From positions 2,626,930 through 2,690,929 of the forward strand of contig CBDCSX010000002.1 of the NCBI GenBank assembly GCA_965221895.1: DNA of 64,000 nucleotides, written 5' to 3'. The position numbers and the translations under genes were made by a program. The first letter of the stretch is position 1. Every line of letters starts with the position of its first letter. Shown piece after piece: positions 34,256 to 43,828 of this stretch. Source of the DNA: Dehalococcoidia bacterium. GTDB lineage: Bacteria > Chloroflexota > Dehalococcoidia > Lucifugimonadales > GCA-2712585. A model generated the notes under the pieces. That model worked only from the letters and a program-made list of their open reading frames with translations. It was not told the origin of the DNA and did no database searches.

Positions 34256-34711
34256 TTAGGCATCCGAGGCGGAGAGGAGGGCGGTTACTATTCGGTTAAC
34301 GTCGCCGCCCTGGGCTTTGCCGCGCACCTGGGGCATAAGGCGGCCCATGACGCGCCCCTTGTCCTGGGGCCCGGAGGCGCCCACCTGCTGAATGACCTCT
34401 TGGGCGAGTTCGGTTAGCTCGTCGTCTGTGAGTTGTGCGGGAAGATAGCTTTGTAGTATCTGCAACTCTTGGGTTTCCTTGTCCACCAGTTCCTGACGGT
34501 TAGCGTCCTTGTATATCTTAATGCTCTCGTGTCGCTGGCGTACCTGGCGAGTGATGATGTCGAGGACGGCGGAGTCGTCCAGCTGACGCTTCTTGTCAAT
34601 CTCCTCGTAGCCTATGCTGCTTCTCAGCATACGGATGACGGACAGGCGCACCCGGTCCTTGGCGCGCATGGCCTGGTGCAGGTCCGACTGGAGCTTTTCC
34701 TTTAGGGACAT
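34256..34711 (-). CDS. GatB/YqeY domain protein
   Basis: MSLKEKLQSDL..AMRAKD..RLSVIRML…ELQILQSYLP.QL…GRVMG. Confidence 0.92.
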   Translation of the reverse strand: MSLKEKLQSDLHQAMRAKDRVRLSVIRMLRSSIGYEEIDKKRQLDDSAVLDIITRQVRQRHESIKIYKDANRQELVDKETQELQILQSYLPAQLTDDELTELAQEVIQQVGASGPQDKGRVMGRLMPQVRGKAQGGDVNRIVTALLSASDA

Positions 34712-34724
34712 AGGGGGTACTCCT

Positions 34725-35216
34725 TCAGGGGGTCTCGATGAGCTTGATAAGGTTGGCCATTTCAACGGCGGCCATGGCGGCATCGGAGCCCTTGTTGCCG
34801 TGGGATCCGCCGGCACGGTTCATGGCCTGATCCTCGTTTTGGGTGGTGATGACGCCCATACCAATGGGTATGCCGGTCTTGAGAGAGACCTGCGTGAGGG
34901 CGCCGGTGCTTTGGGTAACGACGACGTCGTAGTGGCCGGTCTCTCCCTTGATTACGCAGCCCAAGGCGACGAGGGCGTGAAAGCGGCCGGACTTGGCAAG
35001 GGTGAAGGCGGCGATGCCCAATTCGAGGGCCCCGGGAACCCAGACGACGGTGACGTTAGAGTCGTTGACGCGGCAATCCTTCAGGGTCTGGAGGGCGCCC
35101 TGGAGGAGCTTGGGGGTGATGTCTTCATTGAACCTGGACACGACGATGGCTATCTTGAGCCCTCGTCCGTCGCGCCCGCCGATCAACTCCTGAGGCAAGA
35201 CGGCGTCAGACTCCAT
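34725..35216 (-). CDS. ribH: 6,7-dimethyl-8-ribityllumazine synthase
   Basis: IVVSRFN, WVPGALEL, LGCVIKGETGH, GNKG.DAA. Confidence 0.95.
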   Translation of the reverse strand: MESDAVLPQELIGGRDGRGLKIAIVVSRFNEDITPKLLQGALQTLKDCRVNDSNVTVVWVPGALELGIAAFTLAKSGRFHALVALGCVIKGETGHYDVVVTQSTGALTQVSLKTGIPIGMGVITTQNEDQAMNRAGGSHGNKGSDAAMAAVEMANLIKLIETP

Positions 35217-35907
35217 TCTGAGAGACTTCAGGGTCTTCGTAGCCCACCTGCATGACCTTCTCCAGAAACTGATCTTCGGGGATGGCTCCGGTGAATTCTA
35301 TCATCCGGTTGATGACGGTCTGGGGGACGGAGGAAACGTTGTATTGGCGAGCCAAGTTCGGGAACTCCCTAACCTCGACGACGTCGGCGGTGATGAGCTT
35401 GTTCTCCAGAGCCATTGCGTGTGCCAACCTGGCCACCTCTGGGCAAAACTGTCAAGAGGGTGTGACGAAGACCTGAATGTGCACGGGGCGGTTTACCGTT
35501 CGCAAGGCGCGGCGAGTTGGGAGCATTAGGGGGCTGACTTTTCTGGAAAGGGTGATGATGTCCTGAACGAGGAGGCCAAATTCGTAGCCGGCAGGTACGC
35601 CGTAATACTTGAGTATGCTGCCCCGCTCGGATTCCATGACGATGGCGGGTATGCGTTCGACGCCGCACCTGTCTCGCTCGTCGACGTCGGAGAAGTAGTC
35701 GTAGGTCTCGAGGTTGAGCTTGGGGGAGAGTGCGGTGGTTACTTCCAAGAGTTCCTGAGCCTGGGGACATGTGGGGCATTCTCTACCCGGAAGGACGAGG
35801 GTGGAGGAGGTGGTAGTGGTAAAGAACTTGAGGGTAACGTCCCGCTTGAGTTCTTTGCGTAACCTGCGCTTGAGGTCTGCTCTGTTCTGCTGCGATATGA
35901 GGTTCAT
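35206..35907 (-). CDS. Two-domain thioredoxin-fold protein disulfide oxidoreductase, probable selenoprotein (233 aa, Sec at codon 152)
   Basis: The two track ORFs are in one frame; TGA at 35452-35454 lies in VFVTPS-U-QFC-P, the first Cys of the second CxxC; N-terminal CPTC intact. Confidence 0.85.
35415..35446 (-). promoter_or_regulatory. Bacterial SECIS-like stem-loop
   Basis: TTGC…GTGGCCA-GGT-TGGCAC…GCAA; G-containing apical loop about 22 nt after the UGA. Confidence 0.65.
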
Positions 35908-35999
35908 CCGCCCTCCCGGAGTCTGAATATCGATAGTTTACATCAAGCTATGGGCGTTAGCTAGATTAGAGGGGAAGGAAGTTTGAATTGGAGGTGTTG

Positions 36000-36600
36000 T
36001 CGTGGAAGGGGGCGAGATTCTTCGACTCCGCTTCGCTGCGCTCAGAATGACATGTGGGGTGCGGTGCGCTGGGGATGACATGTTGGGGGGGCTGCGCTCA
36101 TGATGAAATCGGGTTGAGGAAAGATGGGTCCCCGCATTCGCGAGGACACGATGGGGAGGGATAAGATGGGTCCCCGCATCCGCGAGGACAAGAAGTGGGG
36201 GAGGTTGCTGTGCGCGGGATGAAATGGGGGAGAGGGAATTCGTTTCGAGCGTATTCGTTATTTTCTGTGGTGGAAACGAAGGTTAGGTTGGGGTAGGGTC
36301 TAGGGATTTCTTGCTGGGGTATGGTAGCAGGGGAGAGGGTTTAGCAGCAAGGAAATGTTGGTACAGCGGGGAGGAAGATGGGTCCCCGCATTCGCGAGGA
36401 CACGGGAGGGGGTTGAGCGTGGAATGGGGGCGAGATTCTTCGACTTCGCTTCGCTGCGCTCAGAATGATATGTGAGGGTGCGGTGCGCTGGGGATGACAT
36501 GTAAGAAGTTGGTTGGGATGAAAGATGGATTCCGGCTCGGGGGCCGGAATGACGGTTGTGCAAAGGTCTCTTTGCACGGGAATGACAGGAGGGGTTGGGC
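36000..36600. repeat. REP-like cluster including promoter-plus-hairpin repeat copy 3 (36238-36350)
   Basis: GAGATTCTTCGACT..GCTTCGCTGCGCTCAGAATGA at about 36014 and 36431; three GTCCCCGCAT(T/C)CGCGAGGAC. Confidence 0.85.
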
Positions 36601-36615
36601 ATAGGGTGTGGGGGG

Positions 36616-37218
36616 TTAGATTCGGCGATAGATGTGGATGAGGCGGGTGAGCATGGTCCAGGTGGAGAAGAAGGCTATGAAACCCATGGCCAGCAGGATG
36701 GTTGCCTCGCCCAGGAATAGGCCAACGAAGAGGATGGCGACTCGCTCAGGGCGAGTCATGAGGCCGGCGCGGGTGTCGATGCCTAGCGATTCTCCCTTCG
36801 CGCGGAGGTAGCTGACGGCCTGGGAGGTGGCGAGGGCGAGGATGAGCAGGGACATGAAGATGGTCAGGTTTCGGGAGTCGGGGTCGACGCGGAGGGCGTA
36901 GACGGTGAGTCCGAGGTAGAGAGCGGCTTCGCCGAGGCGGTCCATGAGGGAGTCGAGCATTGCGCCGAAGGGAGTGGTCTTGTTGGAGAGGCGGGCGAGG
37001 GCGCCGTCGAAGAGGTCCAGTGCGCCGCCGACGAGGAAGACCAGCGCACCGATTCGGAGGTGTCCCATGGCAACGAGGACGGCGGCTACGCAGGTCACGA
37101 GGAAGCCCAAGAGGGTGACGGCGTTGGGGGTAAAGCCTATACGCTGCAACGCTCGCGCGCCGGGTTTCTCGACGAAGCGGAGGTTGAGGCTTCTAAGGCG
37201 TTCTCGCAGTTGCTGCAC
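36616..37218 (-). CDS. pgsA: CDP-alcohol phosphatidyltransferase (phosphatidylinositol-phosphate synthase-like)
   Basis: TPNAVT…DLFDGALAR…FGAMLDSLMDR..E. Confidence 0.88.
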   Translation of the reverse strand: MQQLRERLRSLNLRFVEKPGARALQRIGFTPNAVTLLGFLVTCVAAVLVAMGHLRIGALVFLVGGALDLFDGALARLSNKTTPFGAMLDSLMDRLGEAALYLGLTVYALRVDPDSRNLTIFMSLLILALATSQAVSYLRAKGESLGIDTRAGLMTRPERVAILFVGLFLGEATILLAMGFIAFFSTWTMLTRLIHIYRRI

Positions 37219-38335
37219 TTTGCTGCCTTTCCATGGTGGCCTGATAGTAGTCTACGACGCGGGTGGCGACTTTCTGCCAAGCGTATTGATTGACGTCTGC
37301 ACGGCCGTTGGCTCCCAACTTCCGGCGCAGGTCCGGGTCTTGGATCAGGCGGGCGAGGGCGGCGGCCAAGCCTTCGCCGTCCTGGGGAGGGGCGAGGAGG
37401 CCCTGATGGCCATCGGTAACGACGTCGGCGTAGCCCTGGATGCGAGATGCGACGATGGGCTTTGAGGCGGCCATGGCTTCCAGCAGGACGATGCCGAAGC
37501 TTTCTTTGCCGATGGCGGGGGAGCAGTAGATGTCGGCGGTCTGGTAGTAGCGGGGGAGCATATTGTGGTCGACGGCTCCGACGAAGACCACGTCCTCAAG
37601 GCTGCGTTCGGCCAGGATGCGGTAGCAGTATTTGTCGGGGTTTCCGGGGCCGACGACAATGAGGCGGGTGTTGGGGAAGTCCCACTTGAGACGGCTGTAG
37701 GCGTCGAGGAGGTAGCGGAGTCCCTTGCGTTTTTCGAGGCGGCCCACAAAGAGGATGTTGATTTTTCCGTCCCGGAATTCCGGGACCGGGGGCACGTCGG
37801 CGGCGAAGAAGTCAAGGTCTATGCCGTTGGGGATGATGGTGTAGTCCTGGGGGAAGAAGTGTTGGACGTGGCTGAGGGCGGCGGGAGATACGGCGATGCG
37901 TCCGTTGAGGCGTCGGAACCAGTGCTTGAGGATGGGGCTGCTCCAACGGTACATGCGGGTGCTACCGTGGAAGGCGTGGAAGGTGCCGACGTTGACGGAA
38001 TTGGAGCATTGGAGCACTGCGAGGGGCAGGTAGGGAGCCAGGGGCTCGTGGAGGTGGATGACGTCGAACTTCTCCTCGCGGAGGATGCGCCGCACCCGCC
38101 GGTAGAGCCAGGCCGAAAGGGATATGCGGGCGATGGAGCCTCCGCTTGGGATGGGCACACTGCGGCCGAGGGGGATGAAGTTCTGCTCCTGGCCGTCGAT
38201 TCTAGAGGGGGAGAAGGGGGCGAGAATCTTCACGGAGTGGCCCATGTCCGTCAGCCGGTGGCTCAGCTGGGAGATATGGGCGGTTACGCCACCGGGCCAG
38301 GTGAAGTCGTAAGGCGACACCAGGGCGATCTTCAT
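37193..38335 (-). CDS. pimA: GT4 glycosyltransferase, PimA-like mannosyltransferase
   Basis: MKIALVSPYDF..PGGV, HLHEP, ESFGIVLLE (EX7E); between ino1 and pgsA. Confidence 0.75.
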   Translation of the reverse strand: MKIALVSPYDFTWPGGVTAHISQLSHRLTDMGHSVKILAPFSPSRIDGQEQNFIPLGRSVPIPSGGSIARISLSAWLYRRVRRILREEKFDVIHLHEPLAPYLPLAVLQCSNSVNVGTFHAFHGSTRMYRWSSPILKHWFRRLNGRIAVSPAALSHVQHFFPQDYTIIPNGIDLDFFAADVPPVPEFRDGKINILFVGRLEKRKGLRYLLDAYSRLKWDFPNTRLIVVGPGNPDKYCYRILAERSLEDVVFVGAVDHNMLPRYYQTADIYCSPAIGKESFGIVLLEAMAASKPIVASRIQGYADVVTDGHQGLLAPPQDGEGLAAALARLIQDPDLRRKLGANGRADVNQYAWQKVATRVVDYYQATMERQQSAATARTP

Positions 38336-38375
38336 CCAGTGACCTCGCGCAGGAACGTCATCGAATTCTCCAGGT

Positions 38376-39446
38376 CTAGCTGTCGGAGATGAAGTCCTCC
38401 ACCATCTGCCGGGCCACATTGTCGGTGTACTGGATGGGCGGAGACTTCATGAAGTAGGCGCTGGGGCCGACTACGGCTCCTGATTCGCCTCTATCCAGGG
38501 CGAGCTTGCAGCAGCGAATGGCATCCACCACGACGCCGGCGGAGTTGGGGCTGTCCCAAACTTCCAGCTTGAGTTCGAGGTTGATGGGCGCGCCGCCGAA
38601 GGAGTGGCCCTCCATGCGAATGTAGCACCATTTTCTGTCTTGCAGCCAGGGAACGTGGTCGCTGGGTCCGACGTGGATGTCGCTAGCGGCTATCTCATCG
38701 TCGAACTGGGAGGTTACGGCGTTGGTCTTGGAAATCTTCTTGGAGGTGAGCCTCTCCCGCTCCAGCATATTCAGGAAGTCCGTGTTGCCGCCGAAGTTAA
38801 GCTGGTAGGTCCTATCGACAGTGACGCCCCGGTCATGGAATAGGCGGGTGAGGACGCGGTGGGTGATGGTGGCGCCGAGCTGGGACTTAATGTCGTCGCC
38901 AATGACGGGAAGGCCGCGGTCTTTGAAGCGGGTTTGCCAGTAGTCTTCGCGGGCGATGAATACGGGGATGCAGTTGATGAAGCCACATCCGGCGTTGAGA
39001 ATTTGCTCCACGTACCACTTGGTGGCGTTTTCGCTGCCCACGGGGAGATAGCTGATGACGACGTCGCACTCCCGCTCTTTGAGGATCCGGATAACGTCTG
39101 CGGTGGGGCCGGGGGCCTTGGTGACGACGTCTGCAACGTACTTGCCGAGGCTGTCGTGGGTCATACCGCGGTCGACCGTAACGCCGGTCAGGGGAACGTC
39201 GGCGAAGCTGATGGTGTTGTTGGGTTTTGCGGTGATGGCTTCGGCGAGGTCTTTGCCGACCTTGTTTTTGTCGACGTCGAAGGCGGCGACGATGTTTATG
39301 TCGCCGATTTCGTAGCCACCGATGGTGGGATGCATGATGCCGGGGATGGTTTCGTCGTCGGGAATCTCGCGATACTTATGGATACCCTGGACGAGGGATG
39401 AGGCGCAGTTGCCCACGCCTATGATAGCTACGTTAATTTTTCCCAC
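38376..39446 (-). CDS. ino1: myo-inositol-1-phosphate synthase
   Basis: [43 protein letters not shown]. Confidence 0.96.
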   Translation of the reverse strand: MGKINVAIIGVGNCASSLVQGIHKYREIPDDETIPGIMHPTIGGYEIGDINIVAAFDVDKNKVGKDLAEAITAKPNNTISFADVPLTGVTVDRGMTHDSLGKYVADVVTKAPGPTADVIRILKERECDVVISYLPVGSENATKWYVEQILNAGCGFINCIPVFIAREDYWQTRFKDRGLPVIGDDIKSQLGATITHRVLTRLFHDRGVTVDRTYQLNFGGNTDFLNMLERERLTSKKISKTNAVTSQFDDEIAASDIHVGPSDHVPWLQDRKWCYIRMEGHSFGGAPINLELKLEVWDSPNSAGVVVDAIRCCKLALDRGESGAVVGPSAYFMKSPPIQYTDNVARQMVEDFISDS

Positions 39447-39514
39447 TCAGATGCTCCTTACTATGGACGGTTGGAACCGTTGAAGAATATTAGTTGATGA
39501 ATACCAAGTGTTGC

Positions 39515-39543
39515 ATTGTAGCAAGTATGGACGAACGTCTCAA
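39515..39543 (-). promoter_or_regulatory. Sigma70-type promoter for ino1-pimA-pgsA
   Basis: TTGAGA-17-TACAAT on the minus strand. Confidence 0.6.
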
Positions 39544-39638
39544 GCGGGGGAAGGTTTGCGCGTGTTAATGGGGAGCTTGTGGGAGGATGAATGATGGATT
39601 TCTGTCCCCTTATTCACGGGCCAGGCTCTAGGCGGGGG

Positions 39639-40241
39639 TTAGTCGGCGGAGTTGGCGAAGCCGAGGTTTATGGGCAGGTCGTAGCTGATTAGCTGGGTGC
39701 CGATGATATGGTCTCGATGAACGGCGAAATGGTTTTCCCAGTGGCGTGAGTCGTTGCTATGAGGGCGGTTATCGCCCATGACGAAGTATTCGTTGTGGCC
39801 CAGAGGGTCGAATTCCAAATTCTCGCGGCGGGGCGTGGTGGTGAGGTAGGGCTCGGTTAGGCGATCGCCGTCGACGTGGGTGACGCCACGAAGGATGGAG
39901 ACCTGTTCGCCCGGGAGTCCGATGATTCGTTTGATGAAGGTCCTTTCGGTGTCCAGAGGATAACGAAAGACAATGATGTCTCCCCGCTGGGGGCCTTGCG
40001 AATGGAAGGGGTACACCTCTCCGAGATGGGAGGCATCCCAGAAGGGGATGAGGGCGGAGAATCGGGCCATGTCCACCTTGAGCTTGTGAAGCTTGTTGAC
40101 GGCTACGTACTGACCCGGCTCGATGGTTGCGGCCATGCTGGAGCCTTCCACCTTGAAGTTCTGGATACTGAACTGGAGGAGGAGGAATATAACGAGGGCC
40201 AGGATTAGAGCTTCGTCGAACTCTCTAAGCTGTCTGAGTAT
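39639..40241 (-). CDS. lepB: Signal peptidase I; N-terminal TM segment lacks a canonical start (ATA at 40241?)
   Basis: VEGSSM Ser, RGDIIVF, FIKRIIGLPG Lys, GDNR..S.DSR; frame open upstream of 40151 through a TM helix. Confidence 0.8.
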   Translation of the reverse strand: MLRQLREFDEALILALVIFLLLQFSIQNFKVEGSSMAATIEPGQYVAVNKLHKLKVDMARFSALIPFWDASHLGEVYPFHSQGPQRGDIIVFRYPLDTERTFIKRIIGLPGEQVSILRGVTHVDGDRLTEPYLTTTPRRENLEFDPLGHNEYFVMGDNRPHSNDSRHWENHFAVHRDHIIGTQLISYDLPINLGFANSAD

Positions 40242-40406
40242 TTTCTTTCCCTTGGGGTTATTTGGCCATGAGCTATAGAGTACGAGGGTATTGGGCTTGC
40301 CGGACCTATTATCGCCTGCGGGCGCTTAGAGGTTCAAGGCTAGGGTGAGCGGGGACATAAACATTGCAAGGGTATCTTGGGCAGGATTGAAACCAGCCTA
40401 AACGCG

Positions 40407-41282
40407 TCAGGTCGAGGCGATGGAGGCGTCAACGGGTGGGGTGGTGAGGGGGTGCAGGAAGCCGACTATCAGGCTGGCGGCAACGTCGGGGTGGTCTTCG
40501 TGGAGGAGGCCGAGGTCTTCGAGTACGTGGGACTCGGCATAGGGGGTGCGCTGTTGGAGGTACTGCGATTCGGCTTCGGTGAATAGCTGCGGCCCGCCGG
40601 AGCGGACGAGGAGGGTTGGAGCTTTGAGGCTTGGGAGGCTGTTTCTGATGGCTCTCATTCGAAGGGCATTGTAGTGCAGGTTTGTCCGTGCGGCCATGCG
40701 GAGAAAGCCGAGGCGGGCGGCGGGGGATTGGGAGTTTGAACGGTGGTCCTGATGTTGACTTTCGTATCGATTTTGGGCTGAGGCTTGGCCAAGGTTGATG
40801 TTGAGTCGACGCACGAGCAGGTCTCCCAATAGGGAGCGGTGCAGAAGGCCGTGAAGTCCGGGGCTGCGGTTGGGGAGGAATACGCCGGAGTCGGTGAGAA
40901 CGAGGGCGAGGGTGTTGTCGGGGCGGTTGATGGCGTAGTCGAGGGCGACGAGGCCGCCCCACTCGTGGCCAACGAGGACGACATTGCGGAGGTCGAGCTC
41001 CCGGATGAAGGTTTCCAGGTTGTCGCTGTGGAAATCGAAGGTGTGGAGGGAAGTGTCGTCGGGTGTATCCGACTGTCCGAAGCCGATGGCGTCGGGGGCG
41101 AAGCAGCGCCATCCGGCGGCGACTAGGTAGGGGAAGAAGTGGCGGTAGGCGTGGGCGGAGGAACGGCTGCCGTGGAGCATGATGACGGTGAAGGGGGCTT
41201 CCGTGCCGGAGTGGTGGTAGTGCATGCGGAAGCCGTTGACGATGAGGAAAGTGTCGGGGTATGGGAAGTTGTGGTTGGTCAT
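40407..41282 (-). CDS. Haloalkane-dehalogenase-like alpha/beta hydrolase with altered catalytic residues
   Basis: APDAIGFGQSD; GHEWGG instead of HDWG; expected GH His replaced (GLLHED). Confidence 0.7.
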   Translation of the reverse strand: MTNHNFPYPDTFLIVNGFRMHYHHSGTEAPFTVIMLHGSRSSAHAYRHFFPYLVAAGWRCFAPDAIGFGQSDTPDDTSLHTFDFHSDNLETFIRELDLRNVVLVGHEWGGLVALDYAINRPDNTLALVLTDSGVFLPNRSPGLHGLLHRSLLGDLLVRRLNINLGQASAQNRYESQHQDHRSNSQSPAARLGFLRMAARTNLHYNALRMRAIRNSLPSLKAPTLLVRSGGPQLFTEAESQYLQQRTPYAESHVLEDLGLLHEDHPDVAASLIVGFLHPLTTPPVDASIAST

Positions 41283-41349
41283 GGCGGTTTAGTCTGGGTG
41301 AGTGCTAGCGATAGATATGTGGGACTTATGGTCCCTCACGATTTGGGGT

Positions 41350-41700
41350 AAAGGGCAACGAGATTCTTAGACTTCAGTTCGCTCAGAATTACTATGGCCA
41401 AGAAAGACCACATAAGGCGATGAAAATGGATGCGTAATAAGGCTAGATTCCGGCTTTCGCCGGAATGACGGTTGGGATCGGGGTCTTGTAGCAGATGAAG
41501 GGGAGGTTGCGAACCGCCCCTGTGAGGTAGAATGTCGTCGGGTACGGGGTTCACCCCCCATCCCCCGTATTCACGAGGGCAGGCTCTAACCTTCCCCCAT
41601 CATGGGGGAAGGGATTTGTAGGCGCTGAACGGGCTATTTTCATAGCAATGACATTTGGGAAGGGGGGATGGGTCCCCGCATCCGCGAGGACATGGGGAGG
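41350..41700. repeat. REP-like cluster
   Basis: GATTCCGGCTTTCGCCGGAATGAC, GTCCCCGCATCCGCGAGGAC and others. Confidence 0.8.
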
Positions 41701-41703
41701 GGG

Positions 41704-42654
41704 TTAGAAGATGGCGATGGGGTTGACGGGTGCGCCGGTACCGTTGGCCATGCGGAGGGGGTTGGCCACCGCTAGGAATTCGTAGCGGTTCTCCTGTTTG
41801 CAGATTCTGGCAACTTCTTCGAAGTTGCAGTTGTCGAGGATCCAGCAGCCCATGGCGGTGAGGATGACCTGGTGGACGGGGAGGGAGAATTCCGGGTAGC
41901 CGCTGGGGATAACGTCCTGGGCGAGGTCTCCGCCGAGCATGGCGATGTCCCGCTCCCGCAGCCAAGGGAGGCAGGCGGCGTGGAGGCCGGAGGCTCCGGC
42001 TTCGTTGGGGTTACGGGGGCCGATGGCGTTGCGGCGTTCCCAGTTGCCGGTACGGATGAGCAGGAGGTCGCCGGCCTCGACTTTGACGTTGAAGGCTTCC
42101 TCGGCGGCGTCCAGGTCTTCGGGGAAGATGGCCTCGCCTGCGTCCATGTAGTCGACGCCCTTAAGGGTGGGGAAGTCGAAGAGGACGGCGCGGGTGACGA
42201 CGCCATCCTTAAGCAGGTCTATGCTTTCCATTGTGGCGCCGCTGCGGGTGCGGACGGCGTCGGCGGGATGGCCGTTATACATTTTGTCGCCGTCGAACCA
42301 GTGGGAGAGGGCGTCGACGTGGGTCATGACGTAGCCGTGGAAGATGAAGCCGATGTATTCGCTAGCGCTGTGGGAGGCCTGTTCGGCCTTGCCGGGGGTG
42401 GTGTTCCAGCCTTCGCCGCTTTCAATCATGTGGAGGGTAGGGGGCACTTGCCCGTCGGCGGTGGTCTCGGCGATGATGGGGCGGCCCATGGTGACGCTGA
42501 TGCCCTTTTCGACAAGGGAGACGGCTTGGAGGCGCTTCTCGGGGGTGATGAGGTTCATGGCGCCCAACTGGTCGTCGGCGCCCCAACGGCCCCAGTTGCT
42601 GAGGGATTTATGGTATTCGCGTACTTCTGCAGAAGTGGGTAGAGTCCTGGCCAT
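41704..42654 (-). CDS. Cyclase family protein (kynurenine formamidase-like metal hydrolase)
   Basis: FHG..MTHVDALSH, GDLLLIRTG, ILDNCNFE, GTGAPVNPIAIF. Confidence 0.9.
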   Translation of the reverse strand: MARTLPTSAEVREYHKSLSNWGRWGADDQLGAMNLITPEKRLQAVSLVEKGISVTMGRPIIAETTADGQVPPTLHMIESGEGWNTTPGKAEQASHSASEYIGFIFHGYVMTHVDALSHWFDGDKMYNGHPADAVRTRSGATMESIDLLKDGVVTRAVLFDFPTLKGVDYMDAGEAIFPEDLDAAEEAFNVKVEAGDLLLIRTGNWERRNAIGPRNPNEAGASGLHAACLPWLRERDIAMLGGDLAQDVIPSGYPEFSLPVHQVILTAMGCWILDNCNFEEVARICKQENRYEFLAVANPLRMANGTGAPVNPIAIF

Positions 42655-42692
42655 GGCTCCTCCTCGATGGTGAAGATGTGATTAGATGCCGT

Positions 42693-42721
42693 ATTCTAGA
42701 ATTGGGCGGGGGCGGTGTCAA
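42693..42721 (-). promoter_or_regulatory. Sigma70-type promoter
   Basis: TTGACA-17-TAGAAT on the minus strand. Confidence 0.7.
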
Positions 42722-42841
42722 TGAAGGGGGATATTGAATGCACACCTGCAGTCCTTCTATGACACAGGGCAGGTTTGAAACCTGCCCCTACCTATGTGAC
42801 GTGGATTGACCGCAATGGGCCAAGATTCTGACTTAATTGGG

Positions 42842-43474
42842 TTAGATGGGGACTTTTGCGACGCCTTGGCAGATTTCGAGGCGGGCGTAGCGGATGAAGA
42901 CGCCGCCCATGGGCTGGGCGATGGGGCCGTTGATGGCGAGGCAGGCGATGACGTGGCGTCGGCCTGGTTCGGCGCTGGGGGTGATGAGGATGTTGTTGCG
43001 GGCGTTGTAGCCTACGACGGGGGAGAGGCGGTTGTCGACGATGGCGTTGGCGGGTCGATAGTCGAGGCTGAATGAGGGGCAGTCTACCCAGACTTCGCCG
43101 TAGTCGTCGGCGCAGGTCTCGAACCATATCTGGGCGTCGGCCACGTCCACGCCTTTGACCTGTTCCGGCAGGGTGATGGTGAAGCGGTACCAGGCGAAGG
43201 TGAAGCCGGCGCCGACGACGTCCCGTATGTTGGCGGGGGTTTCCCAAGAGGAGTCGTCGAAGTCGGCGAGGCGAGGTGGCGCTTCGATAAACTTGCCGGC
43301 GACGAGGCCCTCGTTGGGCTCGCCGGGTATGAGGCCGGGGGCCCATTTTAGGGAGCCGTTGACGAGGGACAGGTCTTGCGGGTCGTCCAGGTTAAGGACG
43401 ACGGCGGGGCGGAGCCTGTCCGGGGTGAAGGTCTTTTTGAGTTCAGCGTAGGCTTCGTCGGCGGATTTTGACAT
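42842..43474 (-). CDS. Hypothetical protein with a possible galactose-binding jelly-roll domain
   Basis: FDDSSW…AWYRFTITLP…ADDYGEVWVD resembles GH2 sugar-binding modules. Confidence 0.55.
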   Translation of the reverse strand: MSKSADEAYAELKKTFTPDRLRPAVVLNLDDPQDLSLVNGSLKWAPGLIPGEPNEGLVAGKFIEAPPRLADFDDSSWETPANIRDVVGAGFTFAWYRFTITLPEQVKGVDVADAQIWFETCADDYGEVWVDCPSFSLDYRPANAIVDNRLSPVVGYNARNNILITPSAEPGRRHVIACLAINGPIAQPMGGVFIRYARLEICQGVAKVPI

Positions 43475-43539
43475 TTTTATTTCCTTGTGGGTTTGTATTT
43501 GCGTTAAGCTAACTCATGTGGTGAACAGGTGCAAGTTTC

Positions 43540-43800
43540 TCCAAGAGTTCCCGCCTTCGCAGACCTTTGAATAACTGCCAGCGGGAGTCCATATTGGGCA
43601 GAATGGAAAGCATGGGGGGAAACCCCCATGCCCCGTGTTCACTAGGGTGGGCTGTGCACGGGAGAGGGGGATGGGTCCCCGCATTCGCGAGGACAAGAGG
43701 GGGGAGCACCCCCATCCTAACCTTCCCCCCTCAAGGGGGAAGGGAGAAGATGGCTTCCCGCCTTCGCGGGAATAACGGAGGGCGGAGGCGGGAATGATGG
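43540..43800. repeat. REP-like cluster
   Basis: GTCCCCGCATTCGCGAGGAC, CCTAACCTTCCCCCCTCAAGGGGGAAGG, TTCCCGCCTTCGCGGGAA. Confidence 0.75.
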
Positions 43801-43828
43801 TTGTGAAATTGATTCCCTTGCAGGCGCC

